64,000 nt of DNA from an uncultured bacterium (GTDB lineage Bacteria > Planctomycetota > UBA1135 > GCA-002686595), in NCBI GenBank assembly GCA_943787795.1, contig CALSNU010000004.1, positions 576,001 through 640,000 on the forward strand. Direction: 5' to 3'. Position 1 is the stretch's first letter; each line of letters opens with the position of its first letter. The notes below the pieces were generated by a model. The model searched no databases and was not told the DNA's origin. It worked only from the letters and a program-made list of their open reading frames with translations. The position numbers and the translations under genes are program-made. This document shows, in pieces, positions 30,667-40,623 of this stretch.

Positions 30667-31892
30667 GGAGAGGGGAGTCCGCCGCCAGGGAAGCTCCGCT
30701 CCCACGGATCACTGCTCACGCCGCCGGAGCCCTCGGCAGGGGCGATGGGCACGATCGGGGCGTTGAGTGCGGACGGCAACAGCCCGGCGCGTGAGACATG
30801 AGAGGGTGCTCCGGGACTATCGAACGACCGCTTGACCTTCCACGTGGACAGGTCCACCTCGTAGATCCGATCGCTGCGCTCTGCGGTGACCCAGCCTCGG
30901 TTCCCCGTCAGGTCCAGCGCGATGGAACTCGGAAGCGCGCTGCGGCCGAAGGCCACCGCTTCGGCGACCGGGCGCTCCTTCGCGCGCTCCACCGAGACGG
31001 TCGGGATCTTGACCAGCGCCCTGACCCGCAGCGAGCGTGTGTCGATGACGGACACGTTGCCCCCCTGGTAGTTAACCACCAGCGCGTTCCTGCCGTCGGG
31101 AGTGAAGGCGAGGTCGACGGGCATGGCTCCGCAGGGGAACTCCTCTCGCTCCTTGAGGGACTCGCAGTCGATGATGCTGATCGTGTTCGTGGATGCGTTG
31201 GTGACCCAGAGCTCCATGCGCGTCGGGTGCATGGCGAGCCCCGTCGCACCGCCGCCGGCGTCCATCCGCTTGACGACCCCCATGTTCGCCAGGCTCACGA
31301 CGTAGACCGTCCCCTCGCCCTCGTTCGCGACGAAGGCGTATCTGCCCGCGTGCCCGAGCACGACGTCATCCGCGCCCTTGAGGCCAAGATCCGCCACGCC
31401 CACGACACTCTTCTGGAGCAGGTCCACGAGGAGCAGCGCGCCCTCAGCAGCGCAGCTCACGAGGACGCGCGCCTCCCCGGGGAGGAACACCACGCCATCG
31501 GGACGGTGGAAGTTCCGGACGACGGACGTCCCGTCTGGCCTCATCTTCGTGACGGTGAGCGGGATGGTCCTGACGATCGCAGCGGCGTGGAGGTCCACGA
31601 CGCAGATGGAGTTGCCGGAGAGGGCCCGCCCCCGGTGGGTGACGACGGCGGTGCGTCCGTCACTCGAGACCGCCGCCGCAGAAGGGCCGTTGCCCACGCG
31701 GAAGAACGCCCGCCGCTCGCCTGAAACGGGGTCAAAGAGCGCGATGGCGTCCTCTGCGGCGCTGACGACCACGAGCGACACATCGAGCTCCTCGCTCTTT
31801 TCGGCCTGCGCCTGCAGGGGCGACGCGACGAGAAGGAGGGCAGCGCAGCCGCACGCGACGCGAGAGATCAGGTTCGTCTTGAAGGGGTCCAT
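30645..31892 (-). CDS. YVTN/YncE-like beta-propeller protein, secreted
   Basis: Signal peptide; FVANEG, WVTNAS.NTISIID, PVDLAFTPDG, VSVIDT repeats. Confidence 0.85.
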   Translation of the reverse strand: MDPFKTNLISRVACGCAALLLVASPLQAQAEKSEELDVSLVVVSAAEDAIALFDPVSGERRAFFRVGNGPSAAAVSSDGRTAVVTHRGRALSGNSICVVDLHAAAIVRTIPLTVTKMRPDGTSVVRNFHRPDGVVFLPGEARVLVSCAAEGALLLVDLLQKSVVGVADLGLKGADDVVLGHAGRYAFVANEGEGTVYVVSLANMGVVKRMDAGGGATGLAMHPTRMELWVTNASTNTISIIDCESLKEREEFPCGAMPVDLAFTPDGRNALVVNYQGGNVSVIDTRSLRVRALVKIPTVSVERAKERPVAEAVAFGRSALPSSIALDLTGNRGWVTAERSDRIYEVDLSTWKVKRSFDSPGAPSHVSRAGLLPSALNAPIVPIAPAEGSGGVSSDPWERSFPGGGLPSPPADGAH

Positions 31893-31977
31893 CAAGAGAT
31901 AGATCGACCCCCCGAGCGGCCTCACCTGAGCCCCGAGCCCCCCCCATGTCCTGGGATGGGACGATTGGGGAGCGCCC

Positions 31978-32466
31978 TCACTCCGGAGCCTGCGCCACGC
32001 CGCCGAGGAGCCGGTCGAGGCCTCCTCCAAGGTCGGCCCGGGCCTGGGCCGCGAACGCCTCCCAGGCCGCGGGACTCCAGAGCCGGATCTCCGCAAAGCC
32101 ACCCACCAGCACGACCTCCCGGGAGGCAGGGGCCCGACGGTCCACGCCCACGAGCGACAGCAGGCTATCGGGCACGCGGATACGGCCCTGTCGGTCGCAC
32201 TTCACCGGCGCGCTGTGGGCTGCGATGGTCAGCAGGGTCGCCCTGGCGCGCTGGTCACGGGGGGCCTCGTCGACCAGGGCCCTCGCCCACAGGTCCCACT
32301 GCTCTCGCTCCCGGAGGCAGACGCTGCCGTCGCCCTCCAGCGTCGCAACGAACCGGAACTCGGGCTGCCGGAGGCTCAGCTCATCGCGCAGGGACGCCGG
32401 CAGTTGGATCCGGCCCTCCGCATCGATGGTGGCGCTGTGGGTTCCTAGGAAGAGGGAATTAGACAT
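31978..32466 (-). CDS. mraZ: MraZ family transcriptional regulator
   Basis: F.GTH..TIDAEGRIQLP..LR and DRQGRIRVP (two DxxxR motifs), VVLVG...IRLWS..W. Confidence 0.88.
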   Translation of the reverse strand: MSNSLFLGTHSATIDAEGRIQLPASLRDELSLRQPEFRFVATLEGDGSVCLREREQWDLWARALVDEAPRDQRARATLLTIAAHSAPVKCDRQGRIRVPDSLLSLVGVDRRAPASREVVLVGGFAEIRLWSPAAWEAFAAQARADLGGGLDRLLGGVAQAPE

Positions 32467-32541
32467 GGCAGGTCGGGCAGCTCGACCATCCCAACTCCGC
32501 ACCGCACGAACCGCAAGGGTCCTCCTTCTGCCCTTTTCTTT

Positions 32542-32618
32542 CCAATCTCACTCCAATACTCCACCACTTCTCCACATCACCGCCATCCAGACCCCAAACA
32601 CTCCCCACTTCCGAACCA
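32542..32618 (-). promoter_or_regulatory. Periodic TGG direct-repeat array, candidate MraZ binding site
   Basis: CCA on + strand at 32561/72/83/94/605/616 and 32542/53/64 (11-bp period), upstream of mraZ. Confidence 0.7.
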
Positions 32619-32818
32619 CCCACCCTCGGCACAGCAGATGGGTATCAGAGCGGGCGCTGATCGCCGGGGCAGCGTCTCTCCCGGGCTTATCCACGCGGAG
32701 CCACGGCAAATCGAGTCGAACGCCCAGAGCGGCCTGCCGGCGGCGGATCGGATTCAATTGCCCGCCCCGTTGCCCGACTTGCGTCCAAGAGTTGATCGCA
32801 TGGTATGTTCGGGCCGCC

Positions 32819-33751
32819 ATGCCTATTCGCCCCCGCTCCACGCAGCCCACCGTCCAGCCCGTCGAACATGTCTTCCCCCAGTGGGGAGTGGATGTGTTCG
32901 AGAGTCACCATGCCGCAGGCTGGAGGATGCCTCCCGCCGCCCATGACTTCCTGAAGATCGTCCTGGTCCATGACGGTATGGGCACCCTGAGGTGCGGCCC
33001 GGATGCGACAGAGTGCCGCCGGGGAGACGCCCTCGTGATCCCCGCGGGCCGGTCCCACGAGATCTGCGACTCCGACAGCGAACCCCTCTCGCTCTACGTG
33101 GTCAGCATCCGCAGCCGCGTGCTGGAGCTGGCCTGCTTCGACCCCACGGTCCTGTCCTCGGGCGTCGTACACCTGGACCCGCACACCGCGGAGAAGGTCG
33201 AGCGGAGCATGCGCCGCCTCCTCTTCGAACAGACCCTCGACACCCCGACCACCGGTGCTCAGATGATCGCCCTCGCGCTGCGCCTGATCGCTGACCTCGC
33301 GCGTACGGGAGAGGTTGAGGCTTCGAACTCCGGGGCAGGTCAGCGCACCCTCCGCGGCGCGGACAGCGTCGAGCGCATGCGCAGCTACGTAGAGGACCTC
33401 TCCGAGAACTTCTTCGAGGCCACCAACCTCGACGCCGCGGCGTCCACGCTCGGCCTCTCGCGCAGGCGCTTCACGCAGCTCTTCCGCGAGGTCACGGGGA
33501 CCTCCTGGCTGGCGCACGTCCGCAAGCTCCGGATCGACCACGCCAAGAAGCTCCTCGAGTCCACCAGCCGGACGGTCCTCTCGGTCGCCTTCGAGTGCGG
33601 CTTCGAGGACCTCTCCACCTTCTACCGCGCCTTCAAGCGCGAGACCGACGAGAGCCCGAACAAGTGGCGGACGCACAAGCGCCGCGAGGAGACCCCCGGC
33701 GATCGCGCCGATCTGACTCCCGACCAGAGCCCCAGCGAGGGCGTCGCCTGA
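32819..33751 (+). CDS. AraC family transcriptional regulator (cupin + HTH)
   Basis: H.F.KI..V..G.G cupin; SRRRFTQLFREVTG, VAFECGFEDLSTFYRAFK. Confidence 0.92.
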   Translation: MPIRPRSTQPTVQPVEHVFPQWGVDVFESHHAAGWRMPPAAHDFLKIVLVHDGMGTLRCGPDATECRRGDALVIPAGRSHEICDSDSEPLSLYVVSIRSRVLELACFDPTVLSSGVVHLDPHTAEKVERSMRRLLFEQTLDTPTTGAQMIALALRLIADLARTGEVEASNSGAGQRTLRGADSVERMRSYVEDLSENFFEATNLDAAASTLGLSRRRFTQLFREVTGTSWLAHVRKLRIDHAKKLLESTSRTVLSVAFECGFEDLSTFYRAFKRETDESPNKWRTHKRREETPGDRADLTPDQSPSEGVA

Positions 33752-33798
33752 CGCCGCGACCCCCTCTCGCCCCCCGCACCGCCCCTCCCCCACCGACC

Positions 33799-34548
33799 AT
33801 GCTCCTCACCGCAACCCTCCTCCTTCCGCTCGTCTCCTCCCCTGCCGCCGCCCTCGCCCCCAGCTCGATCCCTCTGAGCCAGGAGGAGGTTCCGACCGCG
33901 AAGGAGGGCGAGAGCAAGCACCGCTATCCGGTGACGATCAAGTCCACCCTTAGCGAGGCCGACGCCAAGAAGAAGGACGCCAAGCCCCAGGACCTCGACC
34001 TGATCGGGCTCGCGATCCGGGAGAAGACGATCTTCAACGTGAACGTCTACTCCTACGTGGTCTACGCGGACTCCGCCTTCGTGGCGAAGGACCTCGCCGC
34101 CTGGAAGGGCAAGAGCGCCAAGGCCCTCGGCAAGGACGCAACGCTGTACAAGACGCTCCTCAGCCCCAATGGCACGAAGGAGCTGCGCATGCGCTTCTGC
34201 CGGGACGTGGACGCGGAGGACATCGTCGAGGCCTTCGAGGACTCCCTCGAGCCGCGCATCCTCTCCCGCCGCAAGGCCATGGAGGGCACGAAGGCCGAGA
34301 AGCTGAAGGACCTCACCACGTTCCGCGGCTTCTTCTCCCTCGACGAGCTGAAGGAGGGGAACGAGCTGCGCTTCACGTGGCACCCGGACGGGACGCTCTG
34401 CACCGTGGTGAACGGGGAGCGCAAGCCGGACCTCAAGTCCCAGGACCTCGCGTGGGCCATGTTCGACGTGTACCTCGGCGACGATCCGATCTCGAAGTCC
34501 GGCAAGAAGAAGCTCGTGTCGCGCCTCCCCGGGCTCCTCGCGGACTGA
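33799..34548 (+). CDS. Chalcone isomerase-like fold protein, exported
   Basis: LIGLAIREKTIFNVNVY, ELRMRF.RDV, AMFDVYLGDDPIS. Confidence 0.85.
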   Translation: MLLTATLLLPLVSSPAAALAPSSIPLSQEEVPTAKEGESKHRYPVTIKSTLSEADAKKKDAKPQDLDLIGLAIREKTIFNVNVYSYVVYADSAFVAKDLAAWKGKSAKALGKDATLYKTLLSPNGTKELRMRFCRDVDAEDIVEAFEDSLEPRILSRRKAMEGTKAEKLKDLTTFRGFFSLDELKEGNELRFTWHPDGTLCTVVNGERKPDLKSQDLAWAMFDVYLGDDPISKSGKKKLVSRLPGLLAD

Positions 34549-34612
34549 CTCCCGCGCGCGAACTACGCGGGCCCGGGGTCGAACCTCGGGCCCCGTCCCC
34601 CACAATAGGGGC

Positions 34613-34900
34613 ATGGATCACCAGCCCCCGACGGTCGAGCTCCTCGAAGCTCGCCACAGCTTCCCCTGCCCCTTCACCTTCAAGGTGATCGGCGCCACGG
34701 GGGCCGACCTGCCGGCGCGCGCCAGCGCCTGCGTCCAGGGGTGCCTTGGGCTCGAAGCTCCGCCCCCCTCGAGCGTGAAGACCGCCTCGGGGGGCCGGCA
34801 CGAGTCGGTGACCCTCGAGCCCGTCTGCCCCGACGCCAGCTCGGTGATCGACGTCTACGCCGCCCTACGCAGGCTCGAGGGCGTGATGTTCCTCTTCTGA
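34613..34900 (+). CDS. DUF493/YbeD-like protein
   Basis: FPCPFTFKVIG, S.GGRHESVTL, VIDVYAAL. Confidence 0.85.
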   Translation: MDHQPPTVELLEARHSFPCPFTFKVIGATGADLPARASACVQGCLGLEAPPPSSVKTASGGRHESVTLEPVCPDASSVIDVYAALRRLEGVMFLF

Positions 34901-34941
34901 GCGGCTGACCTGCTCCCCCGCCCGACCATGCGCAGGGCCCG

Positions 34942-36705
34942 TCAATAGGGCCAGCGACGGACCCCCACGCGAGCGGCCCAGGCCTGCCACTCGGACGCCA
35001 TCTGTGCGACGCGGCCCGGCTGCTCCGCTGAGAGGTCATGGAGCTCGGTCCGATCGGACCACATGTCGTAGAGCGCCCAGCGAACAGGCTGAGCCTTCCG
35101 ATAGGTCGAGACGATCTTGAACCGACCGTCGCGCATGGCGAGGTTTCCGTGGTGCTCGAAGAAGAGCGGCCGCTCACGCTCGAGCTCGCCCCCGCGCAGG
35201 TGCGGCATCAGATCGACGCCCTCCATGGGCTGCACCTCCGAGCCGCTGAAGGCGGCGGGGTACGCCCCCCCTCCGGCGCGGAGGAAGGTCGGCATCACAT
35301 CGATCAGGTGGCCCGGCGCATGCACGATCTTCCCCGCCCGCTCGGGCCCAAGCCCCGCCGGCCAGTGGACGATGAACGGGCTGCTGATCCCCCCCTCGAG
35401 CCCGTCATGCTTGAAGCCGCGGAAGGGCGCGTTCGACACGCTCGCCCAGCCAGGCCCGTAGGAGACGTAGCTGTCCTCCGGCCCTGCCATGACCGCGGGC
35501 CCGGTTCGTACCGCTCGGCCGTCCCGGGTCTGCATGGGCGGCCAGATCTTCATCTGCAACCCGTCCGGCCCCAGGGGCTCGTACTTCACGCCGTCCAGGT
35601 CCTTGGCGTTGGATCGGAACCCCATGTTCTCAGCGCACCCGCCGTTGTCCTGGAGGTAGACGAAGAGCGTGTTGTCCAGCTCACCCCGCCCCTCCAGCGA
35701 CTCCACGATGCCGGCAATACCCCGGTCCATGCGCGTCACCATCGCCGCGTAGCACTCCATGTTGCGTGCCTCCCACTCGAGGTGCTTCATGCTCTGCCAT
35801 TCCCTGGCGAGCGGAGCCTGCTGCCACCGCTCGTCCAGCAGACCGAGCTCAACCGCCCGCGCCCGGCGAGCGGCGGCGACGGGCGCGAAGCCCCGGTCAT
35901 ACAGCCCGTCATAGGCGTCGATCTCCTCCTCCGGCGCGTGCATGGGCCAGTGCGCCGAGGTGTAGCTCACGTACAGGAAGAGCGGCGCCTCGGCGTGCTC
36001 TCCGTCGAAGTGATCCTCGATGAACCGCTGTGCGTTCTCGCTGATCGCGTCGCTGTAGTAGAAGCGCTCCGGCTGATAGAGCGGGTCGTTCTCCGGGGTG
36101 ATGAACGTGTTGCCTCGACAGAGGGTCGTCGGGTCATAGAAGCTCCCCGCGCCCGTGATGGTGCCGTAGAAGCGATCAAAGCCCCGCTGTAGTGGCCAGT
36201 TGTGCTTGAGCCCATCAGCTCGCACGTGCTTGGTCACGTGCCACTTGCCAGAGAGATAGGCTCGGTAGCCGCCGCGCCCGAGGGCCTCCGCGAGGGTCAC
36301 GCACCGCCGGTTCAGGTCTCCCCGGTAGGCGTCAGTGCCGCGGTCGGAGGTCATCAGCCCGATCCCCGCCTGGTGAGAGTAGAGGCCCGTGAGCAGCGAC
36401 GCGCGCGTCGGGCAGCACCGCGAGGTGTTGTAGAACTGCGTCATCCGCACGCCCCCCGCCGCGAGGCGGTCGAGGGCCGGCGTCTGGATCTCGCCGCCGT
36501 AGCAGCCGATGTCCGTGAAGCCCATGTCGTCCGCCATCACGAGGACGATGTTCGGGCGCCGATCCCGGGGCGGGGCGACCCGAGCCTCAGACAGGACAGC
36601 GCGGCCCGCTCCCGGCAGCCAGGGCGCCGAACTCGGGGGAGATGCGATCGTCCCCGCGCCTGCCGGAGCCGACGCGAGGACGAGGAGGAGCGCGGCGTTG
36701 ATCAT
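34942..36705 (-). CDS. Arylsulfatase (formylglycine-dependent)
   Basis: PNIVLVMADDMG, CCPTRASLLTG, GKWHV, DNGG; signal peptide. Confidence 0.95.
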   Translation of the reverse strand: MINAALLLVLASAPAGAGTIASPPSSAPWLPGAGRAVLSEARVAPPRDRRPNIVLVMADDMGFTDIGCYGGEIQTPALDRLAAGGVRMTQFYNTSRCCPTRASLLTGLYSHQAGIGLMTSDRGTDAYRGDLNRRCVTLAEALGRGGYRAYLSGKWHVTKHVRADGLKHNWPLQRGFDRFYGTITGAGSFYDPTTLCRGNTFITPENDPLYQPERFYYSDAISENAQRFIEDHFDGEHAEAPLFLYVSYTSAHWPMHAPEEEIDAYDGLYDRGFAPVAAARRARAVELGLLDERWQQAPLAREWQSMKHLEWEARNMECYAAMVTRMDRGIAGIVESLEGRGELDNTLFVYLQDNGGCAENMGFRSNAKDLDGVKYEPLGPDGLQMKIWPPMQTRDGRAVRTGPAVMAGPEDSYVSYGPGWASVSNAPFRGFKHDGLEGGISSPFIVHWPAGLGPERAGKIVHAPGHLIDVMPTFLRAGGGAYPAAFSGSEVQPMEGVDLMPHLRGGELERERPLFFEHHGNLAMRDGRFKIVSTYRKAQPVRWALYDMWSDRTELHDLSAEQPGRVAQMASEWQAWAARVGVRRWPY

Positions 36706-36731
36706 GCCGCCAGCCTAGCCGCTATCGCGAT

Positions 36732-38948
36732 TCAGGCCGAGGGGTCTGCCAGGCCATGGAAGGTCCCGCTGTCCGCGGCCAGCCGGCGGAGGATCTCCGC
36801 GGGCTCGAAGCGCTCGGCCGCGGCCCCGCGCTCGGCCACGTCGGCCATGGCACGGTGCGCATCCATCCGCTCGCAGATGTTGCCCGCTCCGACGGAGTCC
36901 ACGTACTTGAGCAGCCCCCCGCGGAACGGGGCGAAGCCGGTCCCAAACACCGTGGCGAGGTCGAACTCTGCCGGCGTCGCCACGACCCGGTCCTCGAAGG
37001 CGCGGGCGCCCTCTCCGACCATGGCCAGCACCACCCGCTCGACGATCTCCACGTCGCTCATGCGCATGGCTCGGCTGCTGGACTGGTACCCCGAGAGGTC
37101 CTCCATGAGGGTGGGCGCGCTCTTCCTGCCGCGTCCCTTGCGGCGGTGATCGTAGAACCCGGCCCCTGACTTCTTGCCGAGTCGGTCCGGGCCCATCATG
37201 CCCAGCAGCGCCTCGGTCGGCGCCATGCGCTCCCCGTACCCCTCGTGCAGGGACTTGGCCGCGTGCGCCGCGATGTCGAGCCCGACCTCGTCGAGCAGGG
37301 TGAACGGCCCCATGGGCATGCCGAAGCGCACCATCAGCCGATCGACGCGCAGCGGGCTCACGCCCTCCACGAAGAGCCGGACCGCCTCGTCGAGGTAGGG
37401 ACCCAGCAACCGGTTCACTAGGAAGCCGGGCACGTCACGGGTCACCACGGGCGTCTTGCCGAGGGCCACCGAGAGGGCGGCGATCTTCGTGACGGTCTCG
37501 TCGGACGTCTGCTCACCGCGCACGATCTCCACCAGCGGCATCTGCTTGACCGGGTTGAAGAAGTGCATCCCCACCACGCGCTCGGGGTGCGGCGTGGCCG
37601 CCTGCATCGCGGTGACGCTCAGCGAGGACGTGTTCGTGCAGAGGATCGCGTCGTCCGCCATCTCCTCCGCCAGCTGGCCGAGCACCTTGTCCTTCACCTC
37701 CAGCACCTCCGCCACCGCCTCGACCGCCACGTCCGCCGCCGCGATCGCACCGATGCTGAGGGAGACCTCCAGCCGGTCGATGGCGCGGTTGGCCTCATGG
37801 GGCTGGTAGCGGCGGCGCTTGCGCTTCTTCTCCACGTCCTTGCGGTGGGTGATCGTCGCCGCGTCGAGCGCACCCTGAGAGAGGTCGAAGAGGCGCACGT
37901 GCAGGCCTCGGTCGGCCATGAGGCTGGCGATGCCTGCGCCCATCACGCCGCCGCCCACGACCGCGCCCGCCCTCATCCTCGGCGGGGCGCTGCCGTCCTC
38001 GAACTGCGCCGCCTTCTTGGCGGCCTCGGAGGCGAAGTAGATGGAGACGAGGTTCTTGCAGACCTTGCCGGTGACCAGCTCGACCGTCCCCTCCGCCTCG
38101 ATCCGTGCCGCCTCTTGGCGGGTCTTGCTCGGCGCGTTCAGGACGATGTCCAGGGCGCGATACGGCGCGGGGTAGTTCCCGTGCGCCTTGCGGTCGATCT
38201 GCTTGGTGGCCTGGTTCGAGATCACGAAGCGGGCCAGCGGGTTGCGGTCCACCATCCAGCTCTTCCAGCCGCGGCTCCGGCGCCGGAGCCGCTCGCGGCC
38301 CATGGCCATGTCGCTGGCCACGCGCACGAGGTACTCCTTCTTCGTGAGGCGGTCGACCATCCCGAGGCGCTTGGCCTTCTTCGCCGGGTAGAGACGCCCC
38401 GTGAGGATCGCGTCGAGCGCCGTCGGGACGCCGACGCGCTTGGGCAGGCGGTGCGACCCGCCCCAGCCCGGGATGATGCCCAGCTGGGTCTCAGGGAGCC
38501 CGATGCGGGTCTTCTTGTCGTCGGTCGCGACGATGGCGTCGCAGGCGAGGCTGATCTCGAACGCGCCGCCGGGCACTGGACCTCCGACGGCCGCGATGGT
38601 CCGCGCCCGCATGGACTCGAGGCGCCCGAACAGCTCGTGCACCATGAGGACGGCGTCGCGCACAATGCCGGGGTCGGTGACCGTCGCGATCGCCTCCACG
38701 TCCGCGCCGGCGAGGAACTGATCCGCGCGACGACCCGTGAGCACGATGCCCGTGATCGAGGTGTCGGCCTCGAGCTCGGTCAGCGCGGCGTCGATGTCCC
38801 GCAGCATCGGCGCGTCCAGCACCGGAAAGCTGCGGTGCGGCGGGTCCATGACGAGGATCGCGAGCCCTGGCTCCGGGCGCTCCACGCGGACACACGTTCC
38901 GGGCTCAGGCGCGTTCTCGATCCCGGGGAATCTGCTGATGTCCATCAT
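36732..38948 (-). CDS. fadJ: Fatty-acid oxidation multifunctional enzyme alpha subunit (enoyl-CoA hydratase/3-hydroxyacyl-CoA dehydrogenase)
   Basis: FLAGAD, GLPETQLGIIPGWGG, GGGVMGAGIA, TNTSSL, GMHFFNPV, PGFLVNR. Confidence 0.9.
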   Translation of the reverse strand: MMDISRFPGIENAPEPGTCVRVERPEPGLAILVMDPPHRSFPVLDAPMLRDIDAALTELEADTSITGIVLTGRRADQFLAGADVEAIATVTDPGIVRDAVLMVHELFGRLESMRARTIAAVGGPVPGGAFEISLACDAIVATDDKKTRIGLPETQLGIIPGWGGSHRLPKRVGVPTALDAILTGRLYPAKKAKRLGMVDRLTKKEYLVRVASDMAMGRERLRRRSRGWKSWMVDRNPLARFVISNQATKQIDRKAHGNYPAPYRALDIVLNAPSKTRQEAARIEAEGTVELVTGKVCKNLVSIYFASEAAKKAAQFEDGSAPPRMRAGAVVGGGVMGAGIASLMADRGLHVRLFDLSQGALDAATITHRKDVEKKRKRRRYQPHEANRAIDRLEVSLSIGAIAAADVAVEAVAEVLEVKDKVLGQLAEEMADDAILCTNTSSLSVTAMQAATPHPERVVGMHFFNPVKQMPLVEIVRGEQTSDETVTKIAALSVALGKTPVVTRDVPGFLVNRLLGPYLDEAVRLFVEGVSPLRVDRLMVRFGMPMGPFTLLDEVGLDIAAHAAKSLHEGYGERMAPTEALLGMMGPDRLGKKSGAGFYDHRRKGRGRKSAPTLMEDLSGYQSSSRAMRMSDVEIVERVVLAMVGEGARAFEDRVVATPAEFDLATVFGTGFAPFRGGLLKYVDSVGAGNICERMDAHRAMADVAERGAAAERFEPAEILRRLAADSGTFHGLADPSA

Positions 38949-40267
38949 GAGGAGATCCTCTCGAGGAGGACGGCGCCGCCCTGGCCGCCGCCGATGCAGA
39001 GGGTCGCGAGCGTCAGCTCATGATCCCCTACCTCCAGTTCGTGGGCCGCGGTGAGGAGGAGCCGCGCGCCGGTGGCCCCCACGGGGTGACCGAGGGCGAT
39101 CGCGCCCCCGTTGATGTTGGTACGGGTGAGGTCCAGCTCGCCGACCGCGCCGCTGCGCCCGAGGCGCCCCGAGCCAAACTCGGCGCTCCCGAAGGCCTTT
39201 TGGCAGGCGATGACCTGGGCCGCGAAGGCCTCGTTCAGCTCGATCGCTCCCACGTCAGAGAGGCTGACCCCCGCCTGATCGAGGGCCCGCGCCGTGGCGT
39301 ACACAGGGCCGAGCCCCATCCGTTCGGGATCGCACCCCGACCAGGCCCATGACTTGATCCGGGCGAGCGGCGCGAGGCCGAGCTCGCTGGCACGCTCACT
39401 CGTCGTCACGATCAACGCACCGGCGCCGTCTGTGATTCCGCAGGCATTCCCCACGGTGACCACTCCGTCCGGCTTCTCGAAGTACGGGCGGAGCTTGGAG
39501 AGCTTGGCCGGCGACTGCCCATCGCGGATGCTGTCGTCGTGGATGAGGGAGCTGTCGCCCGTGCGCGCGCCCAGAGGCATGACGGGGAGGATCTCGCGAT
39601 CGAAGCGACCGGCGTCCCGCGCCTTGGCCGCGCGGTTGTGGCTCTGCGCCGCGTAGCCGTCGCAGTCCTCACGGGTGATCCCGAAGTCCCGGGCGAGGAG
39701 CTCGGCAGTCTGGCCCATGAGCAGGTCGCAGGTCGGGTCCGTCAATCCCTCCAGCAGCGCGATGCGCGGCTTCAGGAAGGAGGGTCGGAAGGAGGCCAGC
39801 GCCGCGAGCCGCTGACCCACGGATCTGGCACCGGCCAGCTTCGCGAACATCGCGGTCATCTTCTTGCTGACGATGAGCGGGTACTGGCTCATCACCTCCA
39901 CTCCCATGGTCAGGTACAGATCGCCCGAACCCGCCGCGATCGCCTGGGCCGCGGTCGTGACGGCCTCGATCCCCGAGGCACAGTTGCGGGCCACGGTCCG
40001 TGCGGGGACGTGACGCGGGACGCCGGCGCGCAGGGCGATGACCCTGGCGATGTTTGCCTGGTCATGGGGCTGCCCGACGCAGCCGACGATGACCTCGTCG
40101 ATCTCCGCCGGATCCAGCGAGGTGCGGGCGAGGAGCTCGCGGGCCACGACGGCGCCGAGGTGGCCGGCGTCCTCCTGACGGAAGCGAACACCTGCGCGAG
40201 CCCAGGGGCTGCGCAGACCTGCGGCGAGGACAATGTCGGGCCCTTCGGCCTTCTGGACCTGGGTCAT
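38945..40267 (-). CDS. fadI: Acetyl-CoA C-acyltransferase (thiolase)
   Basis: NCASG, NEAFAAQ, GGAIALGHPVGATG, CIGGGQG; stop overlaps fadJ start. Confidence 0.88.
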   Translation of the reverse strand: MTQVQKAEGPDIVLAAGLRSPWARAGVRFRQEDAGHLGAVVARELLARTSLDPAEIDEVIVGCVGQPHDQANIARVIALRAGVPRHVPARTVARNCASGIEAVTTAAQAIAAGSGDLYLTMGVEVMSQYPLIVSKKMTAMFAKLAGARSVGQRLAALASFRPSFLKPRIALLEGLTDPTCDLLMGQTAELLARDFGITREDCDGYAAQSHNRAAKARDAGRFDREILPVMPLGARTGDSSLIHDDSIRDGQSPAKLSKLRPYFEKPDGVVTVGNACGITDGAGALIVTTSERASELGLAPLARIKSWAWSGCDPERMGLGPVYATARALDQAGVSLSDVGAIELNEAFAAQVIACQKAFGSAEFGSGRLGRSGAVGELDLTRTNINGGAIALGHPVGATGARLLLTAAHELEVGDHELTLATLCIGGGQGGAVLLERISS

Positions 40268-40396
40268 GCGGTTCCGGTGCGGTCGGTGGCGGTGTCTCGT
40301 TCCGAGAGGAGGGCGAGCGAGCGGCCGACAGGAATGGCCGCCCAGGGCCCGCAGGGCCCCCCCCAGGGTCCCTTCTCGGCTAGAAGCTGCCTTACA

Positions 40397-40411
40397 GTTT
40401 ACGCTGTCAAC
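40397..40411. promoter_or_regulatory. Imperfect palindrome GTTTACGCTGTCAAC, candidate TetR operator overlapping a TTGACA on the - strand
   Basis: Lies in the divergent fadI/tetR intergenic region. Confidence 0.55.
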
Positions 40412-40623
40412 CTGGAATGCCGATGGATGCAGTGCAGATCGCCATCCATCTCACGCCCGAGAAGGCTCCCTCGCCGCCGAGGCTGGGCCCCCCTCCCGGA
40501 GCCTGTGCCCCATTCGGAGACGCGAGCCCCTGCCCTCAAGGCCCACCCGAGGTCTTGAGGCCCGGAACCCGCCAGCCTCCCTGGAGCCCGTCCCGCCACG
40601 CCACCACCGAGCGACCGAGCCAG

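Noticed and set aside
31946..32818. Long N-terminal extension of the AraC ORF
   Set aside because: It overlaps mraZ antisense and the promoter array; the likely start is ATG 32819.
33799..34548. Flavonoid biosynthesis inferred from the chalcone isomerase fold
   Set aside because: Bacterial CHI-fold proteins are generally non-catalytic or lipid-binding, and there is no type III PKS in the window.
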